From NCBI RefSeq assembly GCF_009914755.1, contig NC_060932.1: a stretch of DNA of 64,000 nucleotides; one strand, written 5' to 3'. This stretch comes from the human T2T-CHM13v2.0 reference genome, Homo sapiens. Below the pieces are notes generated by a model, which was given only the letters and a program-made list of their open reading frames with translations, made no database searches and was not told the origin of the DNA. How positions within the stretch are numbered: the stretch's first letter is position 1; every line of letters starts with the position of its first letter. A program made the translations under genes and the position numbers. Of this stretch, positions 1-15,151 are shown in pieces.

Positions 1-374
1 TATCTGTGGAAGACACCCTTTTAGTCAAATAGATTTGGGAAATTTTAAAACAGTATATATGCCCTTTTGATTATCCTCTGTGGCACATTTGCCAACGGAA
101 GGCCCCAAGAAATGCTGACCAAAAAACCTGTGCATTTAGTTTTAAAACTAGTGGGTTTCATACTCTTTTGTTTGTTTTAACCTTGAAGCACCCCCCACCC
201 CCCACCGCATCTCGTCCCCCCACAACATAATCTTCTCTCAAACGCATGTTGTGCTGGACCACACCAGAGTTAATCCTGACCTGTAGCCAGGTGGGCATAG
301 ATAAAAGGAAATATTGTTTGCCAGTCCCTGCTGGAATGATGCCTTTACACATCTGTCTGATCTGATTGCTCCAC

Positions 375-410
375 TGTTTTCTTTCTTCTCTTCCCTTTCC
401 ACGGTTCTAG
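375..410 (+). promoter_or_regulatory. PPP1R3B: 3' splice acceptor of the PPP1R3B coding exon
   Basis: Long polypyrimidine tract tgttttctttcttctcttccctttcc, then ...ttctAG|cctg. The exon starts at 411, 17 nt before the ATG. Confidence 0.9.
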
Positions 411-427
411 CCTGTTCATCTAGCCCC

Positions 428-1285
428 ATGATGGCTGTGGACATCGAGTACAGATACAACTGCATGGCTCCTTCCTTGCGCCAAGAGAGGTTTGCCTTTA
501 AGATCTCACCAAAGCCCAGCAAACCACTGAGGCCTTGTATTCAGCTGAGCAGCAAGAATGAAGCCAGTGGAATGGTGGCCCCGGCTGTCCAGGAGAAGAA
601 GGTGAAAAAGCGGGTGTCCTTCGCAGACAACCAGGGGCTGGCCCTGACAATGGTCAAAGTGTTCTCGGAATTCGATGACCCGCTAGATATGCCATTCAAC
701 ATCACCGAGCTCCTAGACAACATTGTGAGCTTGACGACAGCAGAGAGCGAGAGCTTTGTTCTGGATTTTTCCCAGCCCTCTGCAGATTACTTAGACTTTA
801 GAAATCGACTTCAGGCCGACCACGTCTGCCTTGAGAACTGTGTGCTCAAGGACAAGGCCATTGCAGGCACTGTGAAGGTTCAGAACCTCGCATTTGAGAA
901 GACCGTGAAAATAAGGATGACGTTCGACACCTGGAAGAGCTACACAGACTTTCCTTGTCAGTACGTGAAGGACACTTATGCCGGTTCAGACAGGGACACG
1001 TTCTCCTTCGACATCAGCTTGCCCGAGAAGATTCAGTCTTATGAAAGAATGGAGTTTGCTGTGTACTACGAGTGCAATGGACAGACGTACTGGGACAGCA
1101 ACAGAGGCAAGAACTATAGGATCATCCGGGCTGAGTTAAAATCTACCCAGGGAATGACCAAGCCCCACAGTGGACCGGATTTGGGAATATCCTTTGACCA
1201 GTTCGGAAGCCCTCGGTGTTCCTATGGTCTGTTTCCAGAGTGGCCAAGTTACTTAGGATATGAAAAGCTAGGGCCCTACTACTAG
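428..1285 (+). CDS. PPP1R3B: Protein phosphatase 1 regulatory subunit 3B (hepatic glycogen-targeting subunit GL), 285 aa
   Basis: ORF MMAVDIEYRY...EKLGPYY. It has the PP1-docking RVxF motif (KKRVSF), the CBM21 glycogen-binding motifs (GTVKVQNLAFEKTV, WDSNRGKNY) and the C-terminal PYY characteristic of GL. True start is ATG 428, just after the acceptor at 409-410. The ORF-track extension from 314 is intronic. Confidence 0.99.
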   Translation: MMAVDIEYRYNCMAPSLRQERFAFKISPKPSKPLRPCIQLSSKNEASGMVAPAVQEKKVKKRVSFADNQGLALTMVKVFSEFDDPLDMPFNITELLDNIVSLTTAESESFVLDFSQPSADYLDFRNRLQADHVCLENCVLKDKAIAGTVKVQNLAFEKTVKIRMTFDTWKSYTDFPCQYVKDTYAGSDRDTFSFDISLPEKIQSYERMEFAVYYECNGQTYWDSNRGKNYRIIRAELKSTQGMTKPHSGPDLGISFDQFGSPRCSYGLFPEWPSYLGYEKLGPYY

Positions 1286-2230
1286 TGACTGCAGGTGACA
1301 GGGCGTGGCGGAGCTGCCACAGACAAGCCTAGCTCTGCTCACTGTGCAGTGGAGATGGAAGGCCAGGGAGGAGCAACGTGGAACTTCCATGAGGCCCCGT
1401 TTGGGAAAATAAAAGGATCCTCTTCACTTCTTTCTTAAACAGCAAATCCAGCCAGGTTCAGATTACACAACCAGTGTCTCACTCAAAGGAGCAGTGGTGG
1501 CTGGCGCGCTTTCGCACTGTGGCAGCCACGAGAGTCTGTGCACGTCTGTGCTGGAAAGGGTATGGATGGGAATCAAGCCTATGCCAGTGCTGATGAAGCT
1601 GGAGGAGTCTCTCCTCTGCTCTCCACTCAGATGTGGGACATCAGTCGCCAAAAGCCACTCAGCCCCAGCCACCTCGCGTGAGACCCTCACTGTTCATTGT
1701 GTTCATCTTTGGGTGCTCTCTGCCAGCCAGGCCTTTCCTGCAAGCTGCTGTGCTTCCCCGTCCACGTGTATCTCTGCTGTGACACACTGAGCTGACGCAC
1801 ATTTCCAGTGCAGCTGCAGAAGAGAAATGGGATTGGCTCTTGTTTTCTGCAAGTTCATGTTTTGCATTTTATGTTCTTCCACAATTGATCTGATGTTCAG
1901 GAAAAGATAATAAAGGCAAATTAGTTAGTGGTTGAGACAGGCATTTCCTCCTCCCGCTTCTTGACCCCACAGATGTATTCCAGCAGAGAGCAACACACCA
2001 GTCATCAAAACCCACTGGCTCCTGTGCGGTGTCACAGATTGCAGGGTTCTGACAAGGCAGGACAGTCAAGAGTGGGGACACTTTCAGCTTCTACTTTTGC
2101 CTTCTAGGGGGAGCTTTCTAAGTCCCCACATTTACCCCGAGTCACCGGAAAAATCTGATTTTTCCCCCGAAAGCTCAATGACTTTAACGTGCTTGGCTGG
2201 TTTGTCTCATTCTTTATGAAAGAATTTTGG

Positions 2231-2556
<326 letters not shown>

Positions 2557-2861
2557 TCATCTTTTCTGCTGTGTTTAGGACATTTGATTTGCATATCCAA
2601 TATCTCCTCGAAACCTTCAGAAAATGGTTTTATCGTGACTGTGATTCACACTATCTAGAACACTTTACCAGCACCCAGGGACATGGACTTGGGTGTTCTT
2701 ATTTATGGTGTGTATGTAAAGAGATAGGGGAGAAAAACCTCACCCAAGTTCTTATACGTTATTTTAAACGTTTGCCAACTCTGAAATTTCAGAGATTCAT
2801 TGTTCTTAACCATATTGGACTAAAGTCTGTTGGTTAGTGCTGTTGTAAAAGAGACCTCTGG

Positions 2862-3146
<285 letters not shown>

Positions 3147-5802
3147 GAGAGACTTCCGGGACAGTCATTATCAGATAGGCCCCAAACCTGTGATTTTTCT
3201 TGGGCAAGATTGGTGTTTACTTAGGGGTGCTTTAAAAATATATTTTTACAAGTATACTTGTAGGAAGTTGGTTTTTTATTTTCTATTTTTGTTTGTTTTT
3301 GGAGTTTGGTTAAACGACTCTTTTATTTTCTGTTTTGCCTTATCTTACTAAAGTGAAGTTTTCCTAAGGCAAGCAAGAAGAGGAGTGGAAGCACAGTTGC
3401 CTGGATTTGGAGGCAGAGTTGTCAGGCTTTTCAAGCTAAGAGTCTTGTGCTTGGATTTTCCAGATTAATTTGAAAAGACCTCCCATTTGTGGCTTTGTAC
3501 ATAACCAACAGGCAGATACTGAGTGCCTTGGCTCCTAGAGTTTTGTGGTTGGGTTAGGTTGTTTTTGTTGTTGTTTTGTTTTGGTTTTGTTTTCATTTCT
3601 GAAGTTTAAGATGCCTTGACTTTTTAAATGCTCTTAAGGCTATTCGATGTAATTCTTACTCCTAAAACTGGCTGTTCTTAGCCTGAAATCTAATGCTTTG
3701 TTTTTTGTACCTCTCCCAGGTGGGTAACACTCTAGGATGACATGATGTTATAATTTTAGGGGAAATCACATTTTTACCTTATGCTGTTACTGGGCAGAAC
3801 CACGTTTTATGTAAACATACCAGACATCGGGTAACAGACAGTACTTTAAATGTTATAAATTTGGTGATCAGAACTATTAATAGCATAAATCGAACTCAAA
3901 TGGAAGCAAAACTGATTTCATGCAGGTCCTGAATTTTACTTTGCCTTAAGAAGTGCCCTCCCCACAATGCAGGAGAGGCACAGAGTGCACTGTCATTGAC
4001 ATGTTACCCGACTAAGGATCACTCTGTTCATAAGAAAAAGGCCTGAAGTGACTCTGTTTAATAAAGTCAGTTTAATTTTATCTAATAATGATCTTAAGAC
4101 ATTCCCATGTCAAAATTTGAAATATGGTAATTCAGTGATAACTATCTCTTCTAAAGCAGCCGTAAACCCTCCCCACTACCCGTCTTTCTCCCAGCTCACC
4201 CTGGCTTTTTTTGCTGGGGGTGCTGGATGCAAGCCCCCAGCCAGCACACCTGGGATGCTCACCCTGCCGCACAGTTCAGAAGGCAAGTCCTCACCTGCTC
4301 GCAAAGACCCTTCTTCTCCAATAAAAGACTCTACTTGCCTGAGTTTCCTCATCAGGGCTGTCATTCAGTGATGTATGGGGGTCTGAAGAATACTGCCTTC
4401 TATCTGTCTTCTGTTTACCACTTGCTCCTCTGCTACCCTCCTGCCGCAAACAGTCTTCTTCCTTTTGGCCCAGTTCTGTCCCGTGAAATTCTCAGAAGGC
4501 CTCGGGAGCTGCGCTGATGTATTCTCTCCTTGTTTGATAGCTCATCATCAGTAGATAAGCCTACACACTTCAGAGGGTGACAGGTTTCTTACTTGGAGAC
4601 TTCACTGCACCTTGACTTGTAGATTTGCCTTCAGACAGCTCTTGGTTATGGTTACAAGTGGCCCCCGAGTCCCAGAATCTTTCCCAGGTTGCCCCAGAAA
4701 GACCAGCCACCTGTCACAGGTGCAGTTGTCCGGCAATAGGGAAGCAACTTCATTTTTGTTTTATATTTATTCCCTCAAGTGCCCTGAGGAGCATTTGCAA
4801 ACTGGGTACAATAAATAAGCTGGATTATACAAAGATATTTAATAAATAAGCTTTCAGTATCTATTGGAAGACATGAAGCATTTGAGTGGGTTTCTTTATT
4901 TAAAAAATTATTCTACTGGAGCTGGTGAGAAATAATGAAGCTGTACAGTTCTCCAGAAATTAAAACAATGTCAGAGTCAATGGGAGAATTTAATTTACCT
5001 TTAAGATTTCATTTTAATGGTGGCAAAATTATACATTCTTAGAAGATGTAAATTTGGAACTGTTAGGAGATTGCTCTGTGGTTTTGATCTTTTCAAACCA
5101 TTTTCTTTTTGAAAAAAGGCATTAGTTGTAGTCATGGACATTAAATGGGCCATATATGCTTATCAATCAAAAAAGTGTTCCTTTTTTGGAACTGCCCATT
5201 TTCTGGATCTTCCCTCTCAATGGATAGGGGATGAAAACCTTGGTTGCCTTTTATTTGTTTCCTCTTCTAAAATTTCTCACCTGAATGTAGTCCTGGGAGA
5301 GTCCCGATCACGTCTCTCCTGACATGTTCACTGAAATCGGAGACAAGAAGTTACATGGATGATGGGATCTTATAGGGTCACACAAAGACAATTTGGCAGC
5401 TTATCTTAATTTCCTGCAGTGAGACAACACATGTGGAACTGGGAAGGACAGCTGTTGTTACGAGCAGTTTTTCCTGGTCATGGTTGTAAAGCTCTGTAAC
5501 CCACATTGTAAAGCCGTGAATGTTTTTAGTCTTGTTGACGAGTTTTTAGAGACTGCTGGACCTCTGAGGGCTTTGAGAGTGCAGCTGTGATGATGTTTCA
5601 CTATTACTTCAGTGTGAATGTAGAACCAAGGACTCATCTTCATTTTATACCTAAAAGTGCCTTGTCAAGAAATTTTTGCATGTTTTAAAAGATAAATATT
5701 TTTGTACACAGAGTTCAAGGGGAAATGCACTTTAAAAATCCCAAGAATGGATGTTCTTTGTGTGGTATGAGAGGTTGGTTTGTATCTCAAAAGCAAAAAT
5801 GT

Positions 5803-5808
5803 AATAAA
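5803..5808 (+). terminator. PPP1R3B: Distal polyadenylation signal
   Basis: AATAAA with upstream TGTA elements and a downstream GU/U-rich tract. Confidence 0.75.
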
Positions 5809-7143
5809 GGAAGACAAAACAAAACTGAAAGTGTCCTTCTATTCTTAGAGCCAGAGTAAGTGGAGAAACATTTCAAATCGATATGTTTCCACATGTAGAT
5901 CTTAGGTTTCCAAAGAAAAAGCTTGCAGTCAATGGCTGAGTTAAATGTGCAAGGCAGAGAGGAGTTAATTGCTTTAGCATAGCTGAGAAGGTAAGTGCTA
6001 GGGAAGAGATACAGGAGCTAGTGTTATTCTGCACCCATTTTTAATGATCCTAGGTCATAGGCATTCTTACCCTGTCATTTGCACTTGAAGTACAGTGCAG
6101 ACAGACGTATTCAAACAAAAGCAGGAAAACTATAAATGGCTACCATAGCTTTTAACTGCTTGAGCAAACAAACTAAGCAGCAAAACAAAACAGCCCCGGA
6201 TAGGTAGCGGATAGTCACCCTAAGTGAGATTTCCAGAGCTGCTTTTTTCCAAAGTTCAGGACAAGATGCAGGCAGAGTGGGGGTGGGAAGCTGCATCTAG
6301 AAGTTCCATGTCAACAAGTCCTCTGCCACCCTGGGGAAGTGGGCGGTGGCTCCAGTGGAAAGGCAGAGTGTATTAAAGTTTAGCAGCTAGTGTGTAGATG
6401 CAAAAAGTGAGCTCCGTACGTAACTTTCTCCAGATTTTTACACTCTGCCCACAACTTGCCTTCACAGACATAGGAAGGGTGGAGACGTTAACTCTGGCTT
6501 TCGTGAATGTCTATTTGAGGTTCAGTGAGGTTTTAATAATCATTACCTAATCATAAGTTGTGAGACCAACACCTCAGGAATGTCTGGAATAAAAATAAGA
6601 AAAAAACACTTTTCTAGAGCAATGTCTCCAGAATGGCAAATGTCCAGCTCTGAGTAATTCAATTGAACATTTACCACTCAGCTTCCATATACAAAGCAGT
6701 GCCAGGTGCTTTTCCCACAACCCCCACAGAGGACATTCACATATTCCGGGTGACGCCTCTGGTGAGCATGGAGAGCCACTGGAAGGTATTGGAATTCAGG
6801 AAGTCTGGCTTCCAATCCAAGCTCTGCCACCGACCTCTTTGGCTTCCCATCTCCTGTCAGTGGCTCTACTGAAGGGGCCCTGAGCATGTTTAGTAGGAAT
6901 AAGGTAACCAGGGGCTCTAGCAGTGCCCTGAATGCTTTTGAGAGTCAGCCAACATGTTCATTTTTAAGAGGTTTCTAAATATAGACTCTCATAAGAAGTA
7001 CCTTGTACACTATTTGTGTCCTCTCCAGGAATCACGGGAGTGAATCACATTCCAGACACTTGCTTGGACTTCATCACATCCTCAGTGACTGGGCTGGAAG
7101 AAATATCACAGAGCTCTCTTTTTATGGGTAAAGAGAGGAAGGT

Positions 7144-7433
7144 GGCTGGGCACAGTGGCTCACATCTGCAATCCCAGCACCTTGGGAGGATAGCTTGAGG
7201 CTAGGAGTTCGAGACCAGCCTGGGCAACATAGTGAGACCCCATCTCTTAAAAAAAAAAAAAAATTTAATAGCTGGGTGTGGTACCGTGTCTGTATACCAG
7301 CTGTTCAGGGGGCTGAGGCAGGAAGATGACTTGAATCAGGAGTTCGAGGCTTCAGTGAGCTGTGATTGTACCACTGCTCTCTAGGCTGGGCAACAGTGTG
7401 AGACTCTGTCACCAAAAAAAAAAAAAAAAAAAA
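7144..7433 (+). mobile_element. AluJ
   Basis: Diverged Alu dimer with poly(A). Confidence 0.9.
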
Positions 7434-8218
7434 ACAAAGAAAGAGCGAGAGAGTGAGAGACAAAGGCCCTGAGTGAGTTTCTTCAAGTCCCAGAGCCCAT
7501 CAGTGACTGAGCCAGGAGGACGACATAAGTCTTTGTTCCAAGAACTGTCCCTGTGAACCAGAATCAATCTCATAGAACTGAGAGACCAAGATGATGATTC
7601 TCAAAAGTTGTCCCCCATGCTGGAGAGATACAGTTTCCAGGAAAGGAGTGAACATAATCATTTTTCTACAGGAAAAGCTGCATTCCTCCCAAGGGCTTCC
7701 TCAGCACGTACTAGGACCACAGACCGTGTAGAAGTATGAAAGTTAGAATGAAATGATGTGGGTCTCCGAGGGCCTGATTAAACCTCAGGCTAAATTGGTG
7801 GAAGGAAACCACCAAGGAACCGTGGCTGCAGGGGCATTCCAGGAGAGAGGCCGAATTCTTGGCCGCAGCATTCCCTTCCACCAGAATAGAAACCCTGTGT
7901 GGCACGGAAAGGCTTTAAGTAAACCTCATTCCTTCTTGTCACCTCCCCTTGGAGGAGAAGAGAGAGAGGGAAACTCAACAGATGCCTTTTGCTTTCTGCA
8001 TGGGATTCTCTGGTAAGTGACATGCTTGCATTGATGTTGTTCATTCCACAAACACTACTTTGCCTCTCTAGCACTGGGGGACCCGGGGCTGGGCCTTGGA
8101 TTTGGCAAAGGTAGGATGAGGATACAGAATCGTCAAAATTCTCTGGGGCCAAAGGCATCAATAATGATCCAAGATCTCAGCCCTCTACCCAAAGCTACAA
8201 GATCAAGTGGCCGGGTTG

Positions 8219-8412
8219 GGGGTCGGCAACCTTTTCCTGTAAAGAACTAGGTAGTGAATGTTTTAGGTTTTGCGGGCCACTTGTGGTCTCTGTCACATAT
8301 TTGTTTTTATTTAAATGCCCTTTAAAAATGTAAAAACCGTTCTTAGCTCGTGGGCCATACTAAAGCAGGACCAGGGCAGACTTTGTCCCTCAGGCCATGG
8401 TTCGCCAGCCCC
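8219..8412. mobile_element. MER58-family hAT MITE
   Basis: Ends ggggtcggcaacc...ttcgccagcccc; internal ttttaggttttgcgggcca. Confidence 0.7.
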
Positions 8413-9703
8413 AAGCAAGAGTCACATAGGAAGAGAATTGAGAGCCGACTTGCTGAAGTCTTGAGGCCGCAGGTTATTTTCAGTGGCTTGCTTTCTTTTC
8501 TTTTTAAGATGATCATATAATTTATGATCTAAACTGGGACGCTTTCGAGAATGAATGAGGCTCCTGTGAGTTAGCCAGGAGCACCCGGTGTACACTAGGA
8601 ACACCTTGGGCAAACCTGACAGCACGATCCCTGTCCGAGCTCACCTCTCCTCTGGGATCTTCTTAGACCTCTCCAGAGCTCGGAAAGACCAGGCTGGTCT
8701 TGTGCCGGGAATCAGTTCTGGCTGGATTGTGCTCTTTTTGGATGGGTTATCATGGAGTGGTGATTTAGTCTGTGGTTTAGATTTGTTTTTATCGCTTGGT
8801 TTTCTTTCCTAATTGTAGTGCTGGTGGCCAAAAGCCCTCTGGAAATTTCAGCCAATTCACTCTTAACAGTAGCTTCTTTAGGAGGAAAGGGGTGATTCAT
8901 GGTTTGGGCTTATTTCCTACCAGTGCTTTTCCTCCACCTCTCCCCTGTGCCCAACAAATCGAGGCTGGCCAGGCTCCCGAGGAAGCTGCTCATTGTGGAC
9001 AGAGACATTGAGGCCGGATCTTGCAGTATTCCAAAACCCAAGTCCCCAGAAAGTAACATCAAAGCGCTCCTAGGAATTTAACTAACTCCAGGGTCTCAGC
9101 TCATCTTTCTCTAGCCCAGCAAGTTCAAGAGGCCTTAATTAAGCACCGCAGGAGACCAAGGAGGTAGAAATTCATCTCTGAAGTGCTCTCTCTGGGCCCT
9201 GGCCCTGAAGACCCCCTGCTTTCCTGGTGGCACCACGAGGGGCAGGCACACATGCTCTTCCATTTCACCTCTGTTGCCTCCTCCCGCTGGTATTTACCGT
9301 TACTCCCATGCTGAAGGTGGGTCTGTAATGCCGAGGACCCTAACATTAGTGCTGAAGGGTCCTGGAAAGGCTTCAGGAATCCCCAGACATATCAAAGTGG
9401 AACTCTTCACCACCAGAGGAGGGTTAGTTTTCCAGCATCCATCCGAATATCACACATCACCACCTGCACTGCTAGAGCTGATCAGGAAGAAAAACCGGTC
9501 ACTGCTTCAGACGGGCTCCCTTCCAGAGTCACTGTGTGGATTGCCTTCTGGTCAACATCTTGGTCTCATCTGAGTGTGGAATTAGCCAGTTGAAATTTCA
9601 CTGATTTTATTATCATTACACCATTTTATTATAAATTATTATATTAATTCTTCATCATTAGTCAATTATTTATTGAACCTATTACTGAAAGAATTCTCCT
9701 AAT

Positions 9704-9800
9704 TTTTGTTTTTTGTTTTTGTTTTCACATAGAGTCTCACTCTGTCACCCAGGCTGGAGTGCAGTGGCACAATCTTGGCTCACTGAAACTGCCACCTCCC
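9704..9800 (-). mobile_element. Alu fragment
   Basis: gagtctcactctgtcacccaggctggagtgcagtgg preceded by a T-rich tail. Confidence 0.85.
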
Positions 9801-10404
9801 ATCTCCCAAATATTTTCATAAGATCTTTTTGAACACTGCTTTGCACGTTTGCTCATGCAACTAAGTGTTTGTTCACACAAATTTTCCAGGGGCTTTTCTC
9901 ATCAATTGATCAATCACCTCACCACCTTGGGCTCTCGTCGCTTCTATTGGTCACACACTATATTACACACACAGACTTTGAAAACAAACATTTTTTAAAC
10001 AGTATTTTCTCCAGAAAAAAGTCCCTCTCATCCTGGTTGATTTTCCCACTTTGAAATGTCATGGCTTTGCCCCAGGCCTTCTGTAAGGCAGGACACACTC
10101 TGTCCTCCCTGGGCAAGCAACACTGAATAAGTGACATTCTGCTGTCAGTGGCAGAAGCCAGACAGACAATGACAGGGGGCACTCATTCCAGCCCTCCAGG
10201 ACACCACTCACGCCTCATCTCAGCCTCTGCACTCCCTCCACCAGACAGGGAATGCAGAGGCCCAGGTCTCCAGCTGCAACCTCAGTCCTGTGCAGCTGAA
10301 CTCAGACATGAGCCGCTGGTGGTTTTCTAACATTTTATGAAGACATGGAATGTGTTCTTAAATCAAATCCAATGTGAAGCCATGGACAAGTAGGTAGAAA
10401 ACAG

Positions 10405-10778
<374 letters not shown>

Positions 10779-11494
10779 CTAGGGCCCCAGAAATACGGGT
10801 GTAAACCCTTTCCTTCCCACACAGGAATTCCACTCTCCCGCCTCCTAGGCTAATGAATGTGGTTGAAGGATATCCTATAGAAAAAGGCAAAAGCAAGTGA
10901 ACAAGCAAAACCTGCATGGGAAGGAAACACAGCTGTGGACCCCAAAATAAATGTGGACTCTGGTTATGTTTTCCTTCTGTTCTCAAGGATACTTACCATG
11001 TCCTTTCACAAAAAAAAAAATTGGCTTGTTCACACAGAACCACACTTGAGCTGCCTATTATATATATGTGATTTATATTTACATTCATACATTAAACTGC
11101 TTGACAGGGCAACGTCTATTCCACACTAATATAACACATAAGACAAAATTATTGAGTGCCTCTATGGGCAAGGGTATGACTGGGAATAAGTACTCTATGG
11201 GCATGTAGAAAGAGATAGCATGTCATTGTCACCAAGCTATTTAGAATCCTCCAATAGTTACTTTAGTCTTTGCCCAAATTATACATTTTTTACTCCATTT
11301 GCTTGCATCTAAGACCAGAGAGTCCTCATGTTTCCTTTTTACAATTTAAACTGTTGTTTTGAAATAATGGCAGATTCACATGCAGTTTTAAGAAATAATA
11401 CAGACAGGTTCCATGTAACATTGACTCAGTTTTCCCCAGTGGTAACATCAGGCAAAACTAGAATACAGTATCACAACCAGGATATTGACGTTAA

Positions 11495-11845
<351 letters not shown>

Positions 11846-13292
11846 CCAGTCAGGATATAGAACCACAAGGATCTTTCATGTCCTTTGTAACCACAGCTCC
11901 TCTCCTCTCCCTGGCTTTTCTCCTCCCCCACCCCACTCCCACCATGGTCCTTGACCCTGGCAACCACGAATCTGTTCTCCATTTCTTTCATTTTGTCAGT
12001 TCAAGAATGTTATATAAGTGGAATCCTACATGTAAACTTTGAGGATTGGCTTTCCCCACAGTTTATTTCCCTGGAGATTCATCCAAGTTGGTCCATGTAT
12101 CAACAGTTTGTTCCTTTTCATTGCTGAGGACTATTCCACAGTACAGATTAATAATATACTGATGAGCGTTTGAGTTGTGTCTAGTTTGGGTTTATTATGA
12201 ATAAAGCTATTATGAACATTCATGTACAGCTTTTTGTGCAAATACACATTTTTCATTTCTCTGGGATGGATGCTCAAGAGTGAAATTTCTGGGTTTATGG
12301 CAGTCTCATGTTTAGTTTTATAAGAAACTGCCAAACTATTTTCTGGAGTGGCTATACTATTTTACAATGCCACCAGTAACGTATCCGGTTTCTCTGCATC
12401 CTCGTCAGCTTTTTGTGTTGTCACTGTTTTTATTTATTTATTTAGAGGCAGAGTCTCACTATGTTGCCCAGGCTGAACTTGAACTCCTGGGCTCACACAG
12501 TCTTATAGGTATGCACCACACCTGACCACTGTTGTGACTACTTTTTATTTTAGCAATTCTGAACGGCATGTAGTAACATCTCATCGTGGTTTTAATTTAC
12601 ATTACCTCAGTGGTTAATTATGCCAAAGCTTTTTGTGTGCTTCTTTGCCGAATGTATATCTTATTTAGTGAAATGTATGTATGTCTTTGGCCCATTTTCT
12701 AAGTAGACTGGGGTTTTTTTCTTTCACTATTGAGTTTTGAGAGATCTTTGTATATTCCAGGTGCTAGTCTTTTGTCATATGTGTTATTTGAAAATATTTC
12801 TCTCAGTCTGTAGCCTGCCTTTTCATTCTCCTCACATGGACTTTCTCATAGTAAAGTTTACTTTTTATCTATTTTTTCCTTTGTGGGATCACGCTTCTGA
12901 TGTCAAGTATAAGAACTCTTTGCCTAGGCCTACATCTCAAAGATTTTTTCCTTTGCTGTCCTCCAAAAGTTTTATAGTTTTACATTTTAAATTTACAGAT
13001 ATGATGCATTCTGACTTAAATTTGATAAGGTGAGAGGTTTGGGTTGAGGTTTATTTTTTTGCCTATACATGTCCACTTACTTCAGTACCATTTGTTGAAA
13101 AGGCTTTCTTTTGCGTCTTTGTCAGAAAGCAGCTGGAGATATTTACATAGGTTTATTTATGGGTTCTTTCATATTTATATAGGTTAATTTATGGGTTCTC
13201 TATTCTGTTTCAATTATGTATATACCTATCCCTGAACAATACCATAATATCTTGAGTACTGTGGCTATATAGTAAAACCTAATATGAGATAG

Positions 13293-13598
<306 letters not shown>

Positions 13599-13714
13599 GC
13601 CCCAAGATTTTTTTAAATTCTAGAATTTGTGTCTTTTCATATAAACTCTAGAGTAACCTTGTCTCTGTCTACAAAAACTGTTGCTGGGATTTTGATCAAA
13701 ATTGCATTACATCT

Positions 13715-13898
13715 GGCCGGGCGCGGTGGCTCACGCCTGTAATCCCAGCACTTTGAGAGGCTGAGGCGGGCGGATCACGAGGCTGAGGCAGGAGAATGGC
13801 GTGAACCCGGGGGGCGGAGCCTGCAGTGAGCCGAGATGGCGCCACTGCACTCCAGCCTGGGCGACAGCGAGACTCCGTCTCAAAAAAAAAAAAAAAAA
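13715..13898 (+). mobile_element. Internally deleted AluY
   Basis: Left arm joined to right arm at GAGG (13779-13782); TSD aaaattg(c/g)attacatct. Confidence 0.9.
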
Positions 13899-14783
13899 TT
13901 GGATTACATCTGTCGATCAATTTGGGAAGAATTGACCTTTTTCTACATTTAGTCTTTTAATCCATAAACATAGTATGTCTCTCCATTTATCTAGATATTC
14001 TTTAATTTCTTTAATAAGCATTTTGTTATTTTCAGTACAGAAATCCTTCACATAAGTATTTCATTTTATTTGGAGTGACTTATGTTGTGTTCTAATTTTG
14101 GTTTCTGGATGTTCATTTTTATAAATAGAAATGCAATTAATTTTTATGTGTCAATCTTATATCCTGCAAGGTTGCTGGATTCACTTATTAATTCTAGGAG
14201 TTTTCACAGATTACTTGAGATTGTCTATGTAGATAATCATGTCGTCTGAAAACAGGGGCAGTTTAATTTCTTCCTTTCCAATCTTTACAGTATTCATTTA
14301 TTTATCTTGCACTCTTGCAATAGCTAGAGTTTCTAGCACCATGTTGAATAAGGGTGGTGAGAGTAGACATCCTTGCCTTGTTTCTAACCTTAGACAGGAA
14401 GCAGTCTTTCACCATTAAGCATGATGTTACCTGTAGGCTTTTAATAGCTACTCTTTATCAAGCTACAGAAGATTTCCTTTATTCCTAGTTTGCTGAGAGT
14501 TTTTATCATGAGTACGTGTTGGCTTTTGTCGAATGCTTTTTCTGTGTCAATTGATATAACTGTGTGATTTTTTCTTTCTTTGCAGCGGATTATATGGATT
14601 GATTTTTTAAATATTGACCTAAATTTGCATACTTGAAATAAATTTTGTCATGGTGTTTAAGTCTTTTAATATACTTCTAGATTTGATTTGCTAATATTTT
14701 GTTGGGGATTTTTGTATCTAAGTTTGTAAGCCATATTAGTCTTTTTTTTTTTTTTTTTAATCAGTGTAATACTAGCCTCATAA

Positions 14784-15151
<368 letters not shown>

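Noticed and set aside
314-427. 38-aa N-terminal extension of the PPP1R3B ORF
   Set aside because: It starts at TTG and runs through the polypyrimidine tract and acceptor, so it is intronic or 5'UTR.
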